A program made the translations under genes and the position numbers. Positions 31,799-42,016 of a stretch of 64,000 nucleotides of DNA are shown in pieces. The stretch's first letter is position 1, and each line of letters begins with the position of its first letter. The stretch is from positions 1-64,000 of the forward strand of contig CAWDLW010000024.1 in NCBI GenBank assembly GCA_963803145.1. The letters are read 5' to 3'. Origin of the DNA: Methanotrichaceae archaeon. Its GTDB lineage: Archaea > Halobacteriota > Methanosarcinia > Methanotrichales > Methanotrichaceae. The notes under the pieces were generated by a model that was not told the DNA's origin, searched no databases, and saw only the letters and a program-made list of their open reading frames with translations.

Positions 31799-32839
31799 AT
31801 GGAGGCCAGCCGTAAGTTCGATATCGCTGCCGTAGCAATAGTATTCCTGGTATTCATCGCCACGGTTTATCTAACAAAGGACTTCCTATCGACGATCTTG
31901 CTAAGCATTGTCATGACATTTCTTCTTAAGCCGGTCTATGCGAGATTGCTTCGGCTTACAAGGCAGCGGCAGATCTCATCGTTTCTTGCCATTCTTGTGG
32001 TATTCATTATAATTCTGGCTGTACTTTTGGGCATGACTAGTGTGCTTCTGATAGAGATATCGAACCTCCAAAAATCAGGAGATATTGCAGATATCACCGT
32101 AACCAATCTCTCTCAAGATCTCAATAAGTGGATGGAGACAAATCTCCCCGCGCCAGTATCGGGATACATAAAGGAAATAGGCGATATCCCTGCGACCATA
32201 GCCTCCTGGGCGCTTCCTATTATAGAGGCACAGCTATCGGGATTTGCATCCAACTTGCCGATATTATTTGCCCAATCGATCGTAGTAGTATTCTTTACTT
32301 ACTATATACTCATTGACGGCAAATACTTTGTAAGAAAAGCAGTAGAGATTATGCCTAAAACGAGGATGGGATTGGCTAGCCATTTCCTGCAGGAGCTGAA
32401 CGCAATCTACACCACCCTTTTTACAGTTTACTTCACAACCTCGATGCTGAGCGGAATTCTGGCTGCGATCGGGTTCTTTCTGCTGGGGATACCTTATCCG
32501 CTGATCTGGGGAATCATCGTGGCCATCTTCACTCTAATACCTCTTCTTGGGCCACCTTTTGTGATCGTGCCCATTGCATTATATTATCTGCTGCTTAAGG
32601 ATTATGCAATGGTGATTGCCCTAGTTGCCTTTGGAATTATTGCGCTCATGATCATACCGGAGAACGTCTTGCGACCGCAACTAGCGATAAGAAGCGCCAG
32701 AATCCATCCGATCGTCACAGTCCTTGCCTATACAGCACCAGTATTCGTTGTAGGGCTCATGGGGGTTATTATCGGACCGGCCCTTTATGGGTTTCTTCTG
32801 GCGGTCTATAGGACAATTGTATATTATCGAGAGATCTAG
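31799..32839 (+). CDS. AI-2E (PerM/UPF0118) family transporter
   Basis: Multi-TM protein; IPLLGP, ENVLRP, IHP and GVIIGP motifs. Confidence 0.85.
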   Translation: MEASRKFDIAAVAIVFLVFIATVYLTKDFLSTILLSIVMTFLLKPVYARLLRLTRQRQISSFLAILVVFIIILAVLLGMTSVLLIEISNLQKSGDIADITVTNLSQDLNKWMETNLPAPVSGYIKEIGDIPATIASWALPIIEAQLSGFASNLPILFAQSIVVVFFTYYILIDGKYFVRKAVEIMPKTRMGLASHFLQELNAIYTTLFTVYFTTSMLSGILAAIGFFLLGIPYPLIWGIIVAIFTLIPLLGPPFVIVPIALYYLLLKDYAMVIALVAFGIIALMIIPENVLRPQLAIRSARIHPIVTVLAYTAPVFVVGLMGVIIGPALYGFLLAVYRTIVYYREI

Positions 32840-33019
32840 AATCCAGAAGTCTAGAGTCTAGTGGTCTATAACCGAGCAGTTTGTGACCAATCCTCTGAAA
32901 ACTTAGAGATATATAATCAGAGAGTTTGCGATCTTAAAACATTTCAGAACGCGAACAAGCATGGAAAGCTTTATCTCTTTTTATAGGCCATTAGTAGTTT
33001 CCAGTCCTACGGAGTTTTA

Positions 33020-34303
33020 ATGATGGGTTCGGAGAATTCTGGCGCGATTGAGGTCGCAGAGCTTCTGCTCACTGCAGATATCTATAACCGCTCAGGGAAT
33101 TTGACTGAGGATGACCTACCATCCAACATAAGGAAGCATTACTTCGATATCGATGCGAAGTGCATCAAGCGGCCAATATACGTGACGGGACAAGATATAC
33201 AGCAAATATATGGGATAGACAATATTAAAAGTGTTATAAAAGATCTGCCGTTCGTTAGTTTTGAGGAGTTCGGATCGCAGCTCAAGCTCACAGTCTTTGA
33301 CGTTGCAGCAAAGTGGTTTGCAAACCAGAAGCCCATACCGAGAATAATGTCGAACCCGGTATTGGCCTATTTCTACGAGAATTACAACTCATTAAAAGTT
33401 AGCTACTCAGAAGCCAAGAGAAACAATAAGCCTCTAAGCGCCGACCGCGAATGGATCGAATCAAGAATCAAGGAGCTCTGCAAAGATGCAAAGGAATCCG
33501 ATGACCTTCTCAAGCTTGTGAACGTCAAGGCGCCTGAGGATGTTAGAGACTCCATTGAAGAGCTTGTGCTGACGGATGATCAGAAGATGGAGATTGAGAA
33601 GATCGGCAAGGCTCTGGAGTACAGGTCTTACCTTAGAGATATCGGACTTTATGATATTGGAAAGCTTCTCTTCGTCGGACCGCCTGGAACAGGCAAGACA
33701 TCGACTGCTCGCGCTCTCTCAAAGTGGTTCTCTTTGCCGATTGTAGAGGTCAGGCTGTCGATGGTAACCTCACAATACCTGGGCGAGACCTCGAAGAATA
33801 TCGATAAGGTCTTCGATCTTGCAAAGAAATTGTCCCCTTGCATTCTCTTTATAGATGAGTTCGACTTCGTTGCGAAGACTAGAACATCGGATGAGCATGG
33901 AGCAATTAAGAGGGCAGTGAACACTCTGCTCAAGGCAATAGATGAGATCAGCCTTGTTGAGGACGGAGTCTTGCTGCTTGCTGCTACGAATCACCCTCAA
34001 CTCCTTGACTACGCCGCATGGAGGAGGTTTGATAAAGTCCTCAACTTCCCGTTGCCGGATGCTGAGATCAGGCGCAAAATTCTAGATAGCGTACTCTCAA
34101 GGATCAACAAAAAGGTGGATACTCAGGAGCTTGCAGAGCTGACCGATGGCTACTCAGGCTCTGACTTAAGGCTAGTGATCAGGGAAGCCGTTCTGAACGC
34201 TCTAATTGAAGATAGAAAGAACATAAACCAGGAGGATCTACTGAGATCCGTGGAAGATTTCGGCAAAAGGATATCCGATTACAAGCGGAGCATAACCGCA
34301 TGA
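33020..34303 (+). CDS. AAA+ ATPase
   Basis: Walker A GPPGTGKT, Walker B ILFIDE, SRH ATNH...AAWRRFD. Confidence 0.9.
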   Translation: MMGSENSGAIEVAELLLTADIYNRSGNLTEDDLPSNIRKHYFDIDAKCIKRPIYVTGQDIQQIYGIDNIKSVIKDLPFVSFEEFGSQLKLTVFDVAAKWFANQKPIPRIMSNPVLAYFYENYNSLKVSYSEAKRNNKPLSADREWIESRIKELCKDAKESDDLLKLVNVKAPEDVRDSIEELVLTDDQKMEIEKIGKALEYRSYLRDIGLYDIGKLLFVGPPGTGKTSTARALSKWFSLPIVEVRLSMVTSQYLGETSKNIDKVFDLAKKLSPCILFIDEFDFVAKTRTSDEHGAIKRAVNTLLKAIDEISLVEDGVLLLAATNHPQLLDYAAWRRFDKVLNFPLPDAEIRRKILDSVLSRINKKVDTQELAELTDGYSGSDLRLVIREAVLNALIEDRKNINQEDLLRSVEDFGKRISDYKRSITA

Positions 34304-35043
34304 AGATCACGCTTCTTGGAACAGGCGATGCCATAGGGACTCCCAAGATCGGCTGCAAATGTCCTGCCTGCATGGATGCACTCCGTGGCGGAAGAAGCAG
34401 AAGGATGAGGTTCTCTGTTCTCGTTGAATCAGATGAGGACGAGGGAAGGGTGCTCGTGGATACGAGCCCGGACCTCAGATGGCAGCTTCTGAAGAGAGAT
34501 ATAAGCTCAGTTGATGCAGTTATATGGACTCATGCACATTATGATCATTATGCAGGCTTTGGAGACTTTCACCGCGTTCAGAGCCATGTGGATGTTTTTG
34601 CATTGAAGGATACAATGGATTATATCCTAAACTACCTCTACTTTCTGAAACCAATGCGCCACGATGTGCTGGCTTATGAGCCATTTGAGATTGCTGGAAT
34701 GGAGTTCACTCTTTTTAAGGTAAATCACCCTCCAACAGAAACTGCTGGGGCTCTCATAACTAATGGATGTAAAAAAGTTGTTATAACCAGCGATACCAAT
34801 CTCGATATTCCACAGGAGAGCCTGGATCTTATAAAGAATGCCGACCTGATGCTGGCAGATGCCATAATGCCCCCCGGCTACAATCTAAATAAGCACATGA
34901 ATGCTGAGGAGGCAGTTTGCCTTGCCAGGAATTTGGGCGTAAAGGATCTCAGGCTCACTCACTTAAGCCATCTTTATCCTCCGCATGAAATAGCCCTCAA
35001 GACCTGGCCTCTGGGCCACGATATGATGGAGATTGTCTTGTGA
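34300..35043 (+). CDS. Metallo-beta-lactamase-fold phosphodiesterase (PhnP-like)
   Basis: LGTG, CKCPAC, THAHYDH, LTHLSH. ATGA overlap with the AAA gene. Confidence 0.85.
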   Translation: MKITLLGTGDAIGTPKIGCKCPACMDALRGGRSRRMRFSVLVESDEDEGRVLVDTSPDLRWQLLKRDISSVDAVIWTHAHYDHYAGFGDFHRVQSHVDVFALKDTMDYILNYLYFLKPMRHDVLAYEPFEIAGMEFTLFKVNHPPTETAGALITNGCKKVVITSDTNLDIPQESLDLIKNADLMLADAIMPPGYNLNKHMNAEEAVCLARNLGVKDLRLTHLSHLYPPHEIALKTWPLGHDMMEIVL

Positions 35044-36597
35044 GCCTTTTCCGGATATTATCATTATCCGTTGCGTTCGTTCTTTTATTTCTCACAATCT
35101 CTGTTTTATCATCATCGCCTTCAGCCCATTCAAATAGCCTATCCGAATCAGAGTATAGGGGCAGTGGGCTATCCCTGGAATATCCTGAAGATTGGATTGT
35201 GACGGCTTTTGGGAAAAGCCCATGCGGAAACCTGAGCATGCGGTCTCATGATGCATACATTTTCCTCACTTGGGTACGAGATCCAGGGGTTGAGCCGGAG
35301 AAGGTACTTGATCAAATAGATAAGACCTATAGTGGTGATGAAATAAAGATCATCTCATCGACGCATAGTCGAATGAGGATAAATGGTGAGAATGCTTCCG
35401 TCCTTGATCTTTATTACACAATGGGAAAATATGGCTCAAGGAAACGTTTTGCAGTCTGGAACTCAAGCGTGTCCGATAGGCTATTCTTCGCCACACTATC
35501 AAGCAGCAGCGAGAGCTACGACCTGAGCACCTTAGCCTTCAATCATATGCTTGAAACGTTCTCAGATGTGCGAGATAGAAGGGCAACAGCACTCAAGCAA
35601 AGGACTGTAAAGGGCGATGCTTGGGGCATTGTGCTTGAAGATCTGCTTGCAAGCTACAGCTATAAGGATACGTCCACACTACTATCCAGGAAGGTGTATC
35701 TGGAAACTATGCATTCGCTAATGCCATCAAACGGGACTTATCAGCTCTCTTCAAGGGACCAAATAAAAGTCGATCCCCAGTTAGCGGCAGCTTCCAGGGC
35801 TGCCGCGGTGCAAGATCTGCTCAATCAAAAAGGCTATGAGACCAGGCTGATCCAGAGAGGCGGAAATATCTGGGTTGCTGCTCGGGATACCGCGGGCAGC
35901 TGGCAGCTTGTATCCTTGAACCCTAGGGAGCCTGGGAAGATGATAGGCGTCCCAATATATGATGGAGAGGAGGGCATAGTTTATACGGATATTTCAGACC
36001 TGGCTGAAGACAACCTAATGGATCTGGGCAATAGTATTACTAATAATAGCATCCAGAGCAGCCAGATCATACGCAAAGATTGCGAGCCCTCCAGGTACGT
36101 TGAACTCAGAGAGGCCATCCTCGGAAAATAAATCCTGGACCGAAAACTTGCAGAAGGTTCTTGATAGCTACGATTATGGCCAGAGCTATCGGGAGAACGT
36201 CTTCGACTGCTCAAATACTTCTCAGATATGCTGGTCGATTCTGCAGGGTAAGGGATACGATGCCAGGCTTATGATGAGCTATAAGGGCCATCCGCTTGAT
36301 CCCCATATGTGGGTCGTGGTGCGATATCCATACGAGGCTGAGAGATATGTGGCTATTGAGGCTACGAACACGGATAAGAGCAAGAAGCTGATTCATCTTG
36401 GGATGATCACGATGAAAGATGACTACTATAAGGGTATAATGTACAATACCAGTGCGCAGTTTTCCTGGCTGCATCCTGAGGAAGGGAATCGTCAGCAGCT
36501 TATTATCGAGAATATAATACAAGAGTATAATTTTAAAACATTTAAAATTAGATGTTTAAGATTGTTTTTATTCTTGCTTTGCCCTCTTCAGAGCTGA
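35040..36597 (+). CDS. Secreted protein with a PsbP-like N-terminus and a C-terminal transglutaminase-like Cys protease domain; frameshift at ~36110
   Basis: Signal peptide and LEYPEDW. ORFs 35040..36131 and 36100..36597 join across CTCAGAGAGG. FDCSN...HMWV...IEAT catalytic-like triad. Confidence 0.6.
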
Positions 36598-38172
36598 GCA
36601 TCTTCTCCAGCTCATTTCTTACTAGCTCTCCGATCTGCGCCTGATCGATAATATGGCTTTGGCTTATGAGTTCATCCTTTTTGTCTACGAACACCGTCTC
36701 ATGTTCTCCAAATATCCTAATAGGCTCGACAAAGAATGGTTTCTGCCCGTCTCTTAGCCGTTTTTGGGAGGCTTCCAATTTATATTTTAAGCCGTTGGTT
36801 CCGTAAAAGTAGTTCCTCAATGCTTTTTTGGTTATCTCTGTATAGCCATGGACTCCTAAGATATTGTTCTCATTCCTGTCAATGTACTTTATTGCTTCAT
36901 TTATTATGCTGTAAATACGATTTTCGAAGGTGCCCTCGATATTATAGCTCTCTGTATCGCCTCCATATGGATTCCTCAGCAAAATCAGGATATCATTTAA
37001 ATTGCCGTCACCTATCTTGCGGTAAACTATTATTTTATCTTCAGAAAGCCCTGTATATTCACAAACTGCATCTACTATTTTGCCTGCACTAAGAAATCCT
37101 CTTACAAAAACAAATGCCCTCTCCGCTTTAGTGGGATTACAATTGAAGAGTCTTCCATCTTTATCCAGAGATTATTTACCAGAAGTTCTTCAGTCGAGCT
37201 TTTCTTGGAATAATAGCAGGGAATCAGTATAGGAGGAAATAGCTGTCCATTACCTTCATTTGGGCTACCGTTCATAGTACCCAAGAAAGCGCGCTGAATG
37301 CCAAGCACTTCATCCTGCTGCTCGGCACCGGGATAATTCCTCAAATCGATGAGCGGCTTCATGGCATCGTAAATTGATCTGTTTATAGCCGCATAGTTAT
37401 CTCCGAATTTATCGATCAGTATCTGGTTATCAATCATAATCAGGCTATCGATGCCTGTCCCTGCCTCCTTAGTCAACAGATCGTACATAGCAATTACGGC
37501 GCCAAGATCCCTCTGTCCTTCCTCAGTGTTCTTACGATCTGTCCCTTTTTCTGTCAGAATACCTAATGCAAATATAGGAAACTTCAGTTCCTCTGCCCGT
37601 ACAGAGCTGGTAATGGGGTTTATGAAGCCGGTTCCTGTTCCTCCTCCAAGAGAAGCTATGAAAAGTATGCTATCGCAAAGTTTCAGTTGCCGAGTTTTAT
37701 TTACTTCATCTGGTTTTATAGATAAAGTAGTGAAAGACCGAATGCCCTGCCGCCAGATGTAGCCGGCAAGCGGATTCTTTTCTCCTTTAAACTCGTCAGT
37801 TGCTATGGATTGTAAATCTTCATCGGTCTCAAAGATCTCAAAGATGCCCTTAAGATATTCTGCACGTCTATCATAGCCTGAAGCCTTGAGATCAAAGCCA
37901 TATTTGTTAGTTACATAATCCTTAGTTTTAGAGTGATCTTCTATGCCCCCATGGCAGATTAGATAAAAAGGATAGTTGCCGCTGGTAAGACTACTATAGA
38001 AAGGATTATCCTGGACTTCATGGCTTGCAGAATCAAGCCAAATGCCTTTAACATCTCCAAAAGCCAAATATCCTCCAAAAGAGAACTTAGGTAGATAGGC
38101 ATCTTGGCTTTGGAGTAACTGCGTTAGGATGTTACCTCCAGTGCCACCTATCCCAACAACATATGGTCTCAA
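36548..38172 (-). CDS. Divergent tubulin/FtsZ/CetZ-superfamily GTPase (~540 aa); 1-nt frameshift near 37172
   Basis: VVGIGGTGGNIL (T1), SLGGGTGTG (T4 signature), IDNQIL. Adding 1 nt restores LDKDGRLFNCNPTKAERAFVFVRG...ILILLRNPYGG, continuous with ORF 36548..36982. The TTG start overlaps the upstream stop (TTGA). Confidence 0.8.
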
Positions 38173-38753
38173 TGTAAATCCCTCACGAAGCCGGAAAATA
38201 CAGGCAACAATAACATAATCTGGGATGCAATCAGAGTCAAATATCCTAAGTTCCAAAAACTATTATCCTTGAGGGGATATATAGTGCCAATGTAGATGGA
38301 AATTGATATTGAGATAACTAGTAATAAAGGCACAAAGTATACGATGATGTTTTTCAGAGCCCTAGGAATTACATAATATCCATAGATTCTCGGAATGCTG
38401 AAGGCAAGTAGGCCAGTGAGCAATATTACAGCAGCACCAAGGATAATTAGACCAAATTCATAGGACGCAGCTGCAGGAATTTGGAAGTAATTCCAGTTCT
38501 CGAAAATAGTGGGAGTCAGAAAGTATAGAAATACTAAAGCTACAAAGAATAGGCTCCAGGATGAGAGTAGTACGGTGTTGAAGTTGGAGCCCTGAGAGAT
38601 ATGAAGCGCCTTTTTTAGATCATTAATTTCAACATTGCTGGATACTATCTTATTTAGCCTTGCCCTGATCATATTCAGGTATGCAAAATGCAGGAGCCCC
38701 CCTAACAACATAATGCCAGCCAAGATGGCCAGAAGTTCTATCTCATACATCAT
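38169..38753 (-). CDS. Uncharacterised multi-pass (4-5 TM) membrane protein
   Basis: Hydrophobic segments. Start and stop overlap both neighbours. Confidence 0.75.
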   Translation of the reverse strand: MMYEIELLAILAGIMLLGGLLHFAYLNMIRARLNKIVSSNVEINDLKKALHISQGSNFNTVLLSSWSLFFVALVFLYFLTPTIFENWNYFQIPAAASYEFGLIILGAAVILLTGLLAFSIPRIYGYYVIPRALKNIIVYFVPLLLVISISISIYIGTIYPLKDNSFWNLGYLTLIASQIMLLLPVFSGFVRDLH

Positions 38754-40249
38754 CTGTAGAACCTCCTCTCGACGAATATGCCTGCTAAAATGGCGACTAT
38801 AACGATCGCCAGAAGGTTGCCCACTGCCTGGATTGAGGCTAGTTCATAGCTGATCAGCTTTGAGTTTATTTGTTTGGGCCCGTCAAACCACGTGGACTCG
38901 TACTTTCCATATTGATCAGGAGATGTATAAGTGAAGTAGTAGTGGAATGGCTGGTTGCGGTCTGCCACATTGAAAGGCTCTATATCTTCAAAGAGGATGT
39001 CTGTGTAATTAGACCCCGAGATATGTTCCGATTGAGATGATACCGGCTTTTTCGGGGACGAAGGAGTATCCGTATAAAGGGTAACAGTCACAGTATCTCC
39101 CTCGTTGTTCTGGCTTTTCATGCCGAGCCCAAAGGTGTATTTCTGCCACCAGTAGTAGTTATCGCTTTCAGGCCGGATCATCGGATTGCTGACTCTTATC
39201 TTAGAGATGGGTCTCAGGACTGGACCAGACATAACTTCACTCCATGTGGTATTCTCTCCACCGATCACTCCATCGGTACATGAATAACGGTAGCTGAAGT
39301 TCTTACCTGCATCGCTCTCGTCAAATATGCCTTTATCTTTAGTGCTGAAGATAATAGGATCGCCCACAAGGAACGGCTTCGTGATATTGTTTATCTCTGT
39401 ATCGTTTAAGAGGATGTGAAGTGTAACCTGATTGATATTCTGTTGGCCCTTATCTGCTGAAGATACCAGAGGCGTGCTAGTATGATCATCCTCCAATGAT
39501 GCTGTATATTGGATAAAGTCGTCCCATCTCGCGGGATTTGGGCTGACTTCCATACTGCTATTGTTTACTCTAGGCGGTATGTTGTATACACTCATATTAA
39601 GTTCGCCATAGCACCCGTCTTTAGGAAAGTCCTTCTGTATACTAGAGTAATAGTTATACTGCCCATCTGAGACTTTGATCCTTAATTTTGCATCTCCTAC
39701 CTTTTTGAGATAGCCAAAAGATTCGAGATCTGGAAAGATCCTCATAGTGGCATTGGTCTTTTCATCGTACTCATTCACTTGTATTATCTGAGTGCCTGTC
39801 TTGGCAGGTTTGAATTCCTTCTCTCCGGGCTCCTGTATCTCCAGATCAAGGAAAAGGGCTCTCCTAATTTCTATAGGGTTTTGGTTAGAAATCACAGCGC
39901 CAATCTTTATATTTTCATCTCTAGATACTGTGGTATTATTCGTAGGCGGGTAATATACCCACACCGCGGGAGGAATGTATTTCTGTGTAGTAAACGGTTC
40001 CTTATATAGCAGCTTTTTAAGGTAATCAAACTTATCCGGGTAGTTATTCTTCCAGCCTTCAACCTGCCGGATGAAGTTATCTATATCTGGCGATCTCGGA
40101 CTTCCACCATCACTGCTTCGAGATACTGATGGCGATGGCGGAGAGATATCTATGCTGGGACCTTGGCCCCCGTCCTGACCTGAGGCCAAATGGCCTAAAA
40201 GTGAAGCTGCATATAATAGTATGAACCCTATCAGAAGAGCCCTTTTCAT
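38750..40249 (-). CDS. Cell-surface protein: signal peptide, beta-rich (Ig-like) repeats, C-terminal TM anchor
   Basis: MKRALLIGFILLYAASLL signal. Repeats of V.P....W...(F/Y).Y. C-terminal LLAIVIVAILAGIFVERRFYR. Confidence 0.7.
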   Translation of the reverse strand: MKRALLIGFILLYAASLLGHLASGQDGGQGPSIDISPPSPSVSRSSDGGSPRSPDIDNFIRQVEGWKNNYPDKFDYLKKLLYKEPFTTQKYIPPAVWVYYPPTNNTTVSRDENIKIGAVISNQNPIEIRRALFLDLEIQEPGEKEFKPAKTGTQIIQVNEYDEKTNATMRIFPDLESFGYLKKVGDAKLRIKVSDGQYNYYSSIQKDFPKDGCYGELNMSVYNIPPRVNNSSMEVSPNPARWDDFIQYTASLEDDHTSTPLVSSADKGQQNINQVTLHILLNDTEINNITKPFLVGDPIIFSTKDKGIFDESDAGKNFSYRYSCTDGVIGGENTTWSEVMSGPVLRPISKIRVSNPMIRPESDNYYWWQKYTFGLGMKSQNNEGDTVTVTLYTDTPSSPKKPVSSQSEHISGSNYTDILFEDIEPFNVADRNQPFHYYFTYTSPDQYGKYESTWFDGPKQINSKLISYELASIQAVGNLLAIVIVAILAGIFVERRFYR

Positions 40250-40250
40250 A

Positions 40251-41892
40251 CTATGCCCTCATGACATCAAACCGAACCGTTTTGTGCCAAGGCTGATTTT
40301 TCCACACAAGCTCCTTCCATTCCTGGGTATCGGATTTATACTCTTGGATGAGATTCGATCTTGTCCAGACCAATCCATCATTGGTATAAATAAGCTCGAT
40401 TTTCAAGCTGGGCTCAGGTGATCTTACGGTGACTTTATAATCGAAGCGAGGAGTATTAAGTATAGAGACATATGTCATATTTTTAAACGCTACATCTATA
40501 TTGGGACCCGTGAACTCTCCTAAGACTGAGTTGTCTGCAACAAATCTATATCTGCCGCTTCCAATTGCTTCTGCAAAGCTAGGATCAAAGCTGATGCCTG
40601 CCCAAGTAAGGGTATTGTTATCGCCATTATAGGTAACGGTGCCCCTATCTGTCCACATATCGCATCTTGGTGGAGCGGTCTGAAGTTTAACATCGAAACG
40701 CGGCTCCCTAGATTCTACCTGTACTGAATAGGTATATGGCGTAAAGATCGTGCCGTTCCTGGGCAGAACAGTCCAGTTTTTCAGAGCTATCGGAGCCAGG
40801 CTCGGCCCGGGATAATATCTCCCAGTACCCTTATATGTGGTTGTTACAGGCACCTCCGCATCCTTATAATAACAGCTGAAAAAGTAATTGGACTCCCCTT
40901 TTGCGTCTGTTGTGGAGGAAGGTCGGATACCATTCCATGTCAGAGTCTTCCATTGGCTTACATTTTCATAACTCAATCTCCCGGCGGAATTATAATTCCC
41001 ACTGCTCACATCTAGAACATTCAGCTCGACATCGATTGCCTTTGATGAGTTTATATCGATGCTATATGTGAAGGGCGTATCTGAAGTTCCGTTCTCTGGA
41101 GTAACACTGCTGTTCCGATACGCTATTGCAATAGGCCAAAATGGTCCCTGAAAGATCTCTGAATTCGTTCTTCCTGCGAACTTAAAGTAAGCTATATTGA
41201 AGTTGAAGCCCAAAGTTTTATTATCCCATCTTAGAGTTTGGAGTGTATTTGGCGTTGCATATTCTTTGCTTCCTAGATCGGTCCAAGGACCATTCATCGG
41301 AGGGCCCGACAAGAAGGCTTAGTTATCCCATAGCTCCCATAAGACAGTCACTTCGTAGCTATACTGATCCTCATTGTTGCCTTGTGCTGGATCAACCATT
41401 GGGCTCATAAATTCAAAGAAAGGCTTGCATAGTTGAGGATGCCCTTCATAATTCTCAAGTGTGATGCTTTTCCCAAAAGAGGAGATATGGTTGCACGATA
41501 CCAAGCATTATCCCAGATACTAGTATCATTTTTATTTTGGACCCAAGTTTTGAAATCGCCTCTGGATAAATCTGGAGAGCGGAAGTTTACGTCGAATGTA
41601 GTGTAAGTCGTTGAATGAGGATTTACGTTTACACTTTGTGCATCAAATCTTTTGAATACATCTGGATTATTTATGTCAGAATCCCACATCAAGATTTACA
41701 GTGTAAAGCATGTTATAATTAATACCATTATTAATAGGAACAATATAATTGACAGTACTTATTTACATCAAACGGTTCTTTATTTAAGCCTGATTGCGCG
41801 AAGGAAATTGCATCTTGAGCATTGGAAAGAGGCATGACTAGCAGCAATAAAAGCAACAAAACGTGCATCAGCGCCGACCAAGAAGAGCCCAT
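40251..41892 (-). CDS. Secreted beta-repeat protein (~545 aa), broken by several indels between ~41760 and ~41310
   Basis: ATG at 41892 with signal peptide MGSSWSALMHVLLLLLLLVMPLSNAQ. Fragments 41405..41692, 41319..41504 and 40251..41312 share repeats such as VDPAQGNNEDQYSYEV, VTPENGTSDTPFTYSI and VLPRNGTIFTPYTYSV, plus W.TL.W motifs. Confidence 0.6.
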
Positions 41893-41931
41893 TTTAATTA
41901 CCACCCTACATATGTGGTAGAATAGGAAAAG

Positions 41932-41974
41932 TTAGCCTTAATAAGCCTTTGCATTAGAGCTTCCTTAAGGCTAA
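41932..41974 (-). promoter_or_regulatory. 10-bp inverted repeat overlapping the putative TATA box of the tubulin-like operon (operator or terminator)
   Basis: TTAGCCTTAA-N23-TTAAGGCTAA. Minus strand reads CAAAGGCTTATTAAG (BRE/TATA-like) about 45-50 nt before ATG 41892. Confidence 0.4.
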
Positions 41975-42016
41975 AACTATTTGAAAATAGCTGCATTATT
42001 CTCTGCGATAATCAAG

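Noticed and set aside
38173-38256. Longer start for the tubulin-like gene
   Set aside because: It overlaps the upstream membrane gene. The fold begins at the TTG at 38172.
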